The position numbers were made by a program, and so were the translations under genes. 64,000 bases of DNA, from the NCBI RefSeq assembly GCF_000143415.4, contig NW_003314430.1, positions 62,001-126,000 of the forward strand. Reading direction: 5' to 3'. The stretch is from Selaginella moellendorffii. Its lineage: Eukaryota > Plantae > Lycopodiophyta. Within the stretch, counting starts at the first letter, position 1. Each line of letters opens with the position of its first letter. The notes below the pieces were generated by a model that made no database searches, had not been told where the DNA came from, and saw only the letters and a program-made list of their open reading frames with translations. Below are positions 59,530 through 64,000 of the stretch, in pieces.

Positions 59530-62500
59530 ATGGCGGATGAATCGGCGACGGTGCGCGACAGCATTCTCTACCTGCTGAGGGATTTCCACGCCCAGATTCC
59601 TGCCGATTTCCTGGGCGTCGTCCCGTCGGGGCAGCCGCGCGTCGAGAATTCTTTCACAGAATCGGAATGGCTGGCGCATCTGGAGCTCAACTTCGTTTGC
59701 CTGGCGCTGCGCATGGAGCTGCTGCGATCTCTTGGCCGGTGCGTTGGGGCAATCGGATCGGATGCGGCGGTTCCAGCGCCCTCATCGTCCATAGCAGTGT
59801 GAGTTTTTTCTCCTTTAAACTTCTTTACACGCGGCTAAGTTGGAGAGACTTTGCAGGAGAGAAGCTCTTTCGTTGGTTGAGAAGCTGCTGCAAGAACTCG
59901 CAACCAGAGAGAGGGAACGACTTCCCAAGGATCCAAACAAGCATCCCCTCGTTTTGAAGCTAGCACAGAGATATGGACTGTCACCCGCCGAGACGTGTTT
60001 GTTTCAGCTTCTCTTCGTCCGGGGTGCATCCAAAGCTCCTGCTGTTCGTGCCGCTCTAGGTGATCTCTAAAGTTCCTTGTGGGCATGCTTATGGATGTTT
60101 TTGTAGGAGGGAGACAGGAAGACAAGGAAATGGCGATGGATCTCTGTGGTATGAGCTTGATGGAACTAGAAGAATTTCTTGACGACAAACGCACTCATAT
60201 GGTTGAAGGCATCATAATGGGACAGGTTCTCACTTAAGTTGTTCTTCAAGCTTGATGGTGTATACCTTTCCTCTACATTTCTCAGGACGATTACGATGGA
60301 AAGACTTTCCGTATGGTGAAGGAAGCTGTCTCTGTGCTGCTTTTACGGCCAATAAAAACTGAGCAGTGGCTAAAGCTGAGCAAGACGGAGGTCTTGAACG
60401 TCGTCGACAGTAGTCACGTAAGTTTGCTTACATTCGTCCTATTGAAAATGAGTTGCTTGTTTTACAGCTCGAAGGCAAGGGGGATGCCCTTGTAGCTGCA
60501 GAAGATCCTGAAAATGAGGTGGCCGTTTCAGCTGTGTCAGGCCAAGGAGCAAACAAAAAACGGAAGTTTGAAGATATTGAGAGTATAACTGGCCTTTCCG
60601 GCCAGCAAGTTGACGAACTGTTGGCTGGTACCGAGCCAGTAAAATCGTCCAAGAAAGTCTCGCTACCTGCTGAGCAAGAAAGCGAGATGATTCCCGCGGT
60701 AGAGACCAGTGATGCTCAGACAACCGTCGAGAAGGCATCCAAGGGAGATCTTCAAGCTTATGCCTCGAGTCTTGAATACCTGGATGACGCATTTCAAATG
60801 CTAGCTTTGATGCTGAGGGTCGCAAAGGCTAGACACAAGGAAGATATGAAGGAAGCTTTCAATGATGAACGCTCTTGGTATGATTCTTATAGGTCTACAA
60901 AGGTAATACTCTCCTGTCTTTGCCAAACATTTCGTTCTTACACTGTATCCAGCAGGCTGCAAGCATCCGTGAGCTACAGGCGAAGCTTAGATTTGCCAAG
61001 AATCGGCTGCAAGAAAGAATGAGACTTACTGAAGAAGCTGTCAAGCAAGACAAAGGACAATTGCCACGACTCGAGGTGTTGTTCTGTCGATGCTCTTTCT
61101 GCTGATAACTGAACTTTTCTACCAGGCTTTAGCTCTCAAGCTTGGACTGGACGAGTTTGAAAAGGGGGTCGTTTTAATGCTTACAGGTACTATGATTTGC
61201 ACTAGGAACTTTCTCAATAATCGTCTTACACTGCAGCTGTGTCCATCTCGCCTGTTGTTAAAAGCATTTTCGAAGGAGACAACGGTGACACTGGCTTTCG
61301 GCGCAGCAGCGACTACGTTCAAGTTAGTCTATTTTTCTTTTCTTGTTTTTATTGCATCCACCAGCGTGGGTTGTCTGGTTTGCAGGTGCAAGACATCCTT
61401 ACTGTCTATTTCAATTCGTTCAAAGAACAGGTAAGTCATGTTATTTCCAGCTAGGTTAGTGACTAACTGTTTTCGACAGGTTCTAGCAAGGACATATTTC
61501 TATAAGTCCAGCAGGCTTGTGTCAAGAGGCCTGATCAAACTGAGAAATGCAGTGTACAACAGAGCAAGGTGTGATTTGATGGATCAGCAAGTTGAGCTTG
61601 ACCGCAGAATGCTTGACTGGATTGTTGGTCTCGACACTGAAATGAACGAGCTTGTCGATGGGAGCTATTTATATACGCCAAAGGTGATCTAACGTTTATG
61701 CACTTTGTCGTCCGAGTACAGTACTTATATCTGGCGTTACGCGTAGATTCCTATGGATCAAGTCGTTCTTCCTGAGGAACAGAAAAATATGCTTTTAAAA
61801 ACAGTCGAGAATTTCTCTAAATTTAAGGATTTTCGGAAATCGGCAGGTCTCGAGGACATTATGAGCTATGCTGCGGGACTTGTAATTCTCTTATGTGGTG
61901 CGTCAGGGACCGGGAAAACTATGACGGTAAATGCAGTCGCTCATCACCTTGGTACGTTCTCACCGGCACCTGTTTAGCTGACCACATCCTTCTTTCTTTT
62001 ATTTTTGTTTCTGCTACAGGTAAACGCGTTCTCCTTGTGGACTTCCGTGCGCTCCACTTATCCGGTCGTGAAGACAATTCTGGTGATATTCGTGGTTTGT
62101 TTCGGGATGCCGACATGAACGATGCCGTGATATTTTTTGATGAGTGCGAAGCGATTTTTGCTCAGGTACAGTCTTGTTATAGAAGATTGGTAATATTTTG
62201 GTTATTTTAGAGAGAGCATGGAGGCGACAAAATGCTAAATGCTCTATTGACGGAAATGGAAAGGCACGAGGGCATCGTTATGCTTGCAACTAATCGTCCT
62301 CAAGATCTCGATGAAGCTATGCACAGGCGAATTACGTATGATATCAGCTAGTTATTCAGCGGTCACTAATTTTGCCTTTTTATACAGTTGTGTTAGCGAG
62401 TTTCATCCGCCAGATCACACACAACGCCGGGAAATATGGAAGTTATCATGTTCCCGGTTACCTATGACAAGTAACATTGACTGGGATAGAATATCATTAA

Positions 62501-63899
62501 GGTACGAAACCTTGTCAAAACAACTCTCATCGAAGTGTGTTTACAGATACGAGCTTACCGGAGGCTATATTAAAAATGCAGTTGTTAGTTCTTTGCTTAT
62601 TGCCATTTCAAGAGATAGTGCGAATCCTATAGTTTCCGAGGAAGATATCGTCGAAGGCTGCCGCTTGCAGATGCGTGGCAGCTTGCAGGTAGCTTTGTGT
62701 TTTAGTTTGTGTTAGTGCACTAATGCCTGAATCCACAGATGAAGTCGTTCACACACAGGGTTGTCCCAAAAGCCGGAGTAGACGACCTTGTTCTTTGTAC
62801 AGCGATGCGAGAAAGGATCGAAGGAATTCTTAAGTTTGAAAAAGCGAGAGCGATTTTACAAGGACAATGGGGATTTCAACAAGAGCGCTTAGGAACTGCA
62901 TGTTTGTTTTACGGTTCCCACGGCACCGGGAAATCTGCTGTTGCAGAGGTATATGAACCGTGGTTGTTGATTTCGTTGAGCTCTGTTTTGCGTTTGTTGC
63001 AGGCAATAGGATTTGAGTTAGGACGCCCTTTGAAGGTTAGCACATGTCTTTCCTTGAGATACTGATATTGAGCTTTGGTTTGCAGGTTATCAATTGTTCC
63101 CAGTTGATTTCGCGTGAGAGCAGTGCCAAAACTAGCGCCAATATCACCAGTGTCTTCAAGGATGCAAGGTTGATGGACGCGGTTCTCGTGCTTGAAGATT
63201 TTCAGGTCTGCCATTCCAACTTATCCACTCTACTTTAACTTCCATGGAACAGATTATGGGAAGTGAAGAGGAAGGCATTGGCAACGGTCTAACTAGCATT
63301 TCTGCTTGGTCCCATGTAGCAATAGGATTGCTATTGCACGAGCTAGAACGATTTCCTGGAATATGTCTCCTTATCGCTAACGTTTCCAAGGTGCGCACAA
63401 CATTCATTTCTTTCTCTTTGTTACACAAGTGTTTTGCGTGTTATAGGGAAGCGCCATTGTCAGACTTGATCCCGAGCTTGTTCGAAGGCTCAGGTTTGTC
63501 GTGGAGTTTAAAATGCCCGATCAGTCTATCCGTGCCGCAATGTGGAAGAAGATGCTACCTGCAAAGGTAAATCCCATAGTGTTTTTTCAAGCACTTTGAC
63601 CTTAAGTTGATTCCACTGCAGGCACCTCTGGCCGCTGACATAGATTTTGACGAGCTGAGCAAGCGATTCAACTTTACCAGCGGAGCTATAAGCAGTGCTA
63701 CAGTTAGAGCGGCCGCGAAGGTTGTATTTTTCTCCCTTTGTCCACCTTGCTGAGAAACTTTCTTGGCTGCTTTCAGGCTGCGTTACGCTCTGGTGATGCG
63801 TCTAGAATTGGACAGAAGGATCTAGTGGAAGCTGCCGAAGCTGAAAAGGAACACCTCCGGGATGAATCGCGTGAGATCATGATGAGAGCCTTCATCTAA
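59530..63899 (+). CDS. Intron-rich AAA+ ATPase with two AAA domains, function unknown
   Basis: D1 GASGTGKT / VIFFDECE / LATNRPQDLDEAMHRRI / ELTGGYIKN; D2 GSHGTGKS / VLVLEDF; many short GT-AG introns; TAA at 63897-63899. Confidence 0.88.
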
Positions 63900-64000
63900 A
63901 TGCGGTAACGCTCTCGCCACGCAGTTTCAACTCTTTCTTTTGTCGCAGAGAGAGTCGACGAGCAGTCGTACCATGACTACTTGTCTGTTTTTGACGTGGT

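Overview
Gene-dense eukaryotic (land-plant) nuclear DNA with very short GT-AG introns, tiny intergenic gaps and intronless PLS-type PPR genes. This style suggests a lycophyte such as Selaginella (inference from sequence style, not a database hit). About 22 intact protein genes are present: QUA2-type pectin methyltransferase, 2 PPR, FolD, VPS38/UVRAG, germin-like, patatin, VPE/legumain, NOT4-type RING, GT47, Di19, GOS1 SNARE, GT61, BRO1, AG peptide, MiAMP1, eIF3g, GPI protein, COBRA-like, AVT1, a double-AAA ATPase and two small unknowns. There are also 2 tRNA genes. The accessory zone at ~4.8-28.3 kb holds three Crinkler(CRN/CR)-like nuclease/kinase/NTPase genes. Two of them lie in segments bounded by long direct duplications of the neighbouring host gene. 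One carries a clean 125-bp inversion of the kinase catalytic core. The same zone holds degraded gene fragments and an AT-rich repeat nest with solo-LTR-like inserts, one carrying a 5S-rRNA-derived internal promoter (Cassandra-like). All alignments were done by eye; exon boundaries are approximate.
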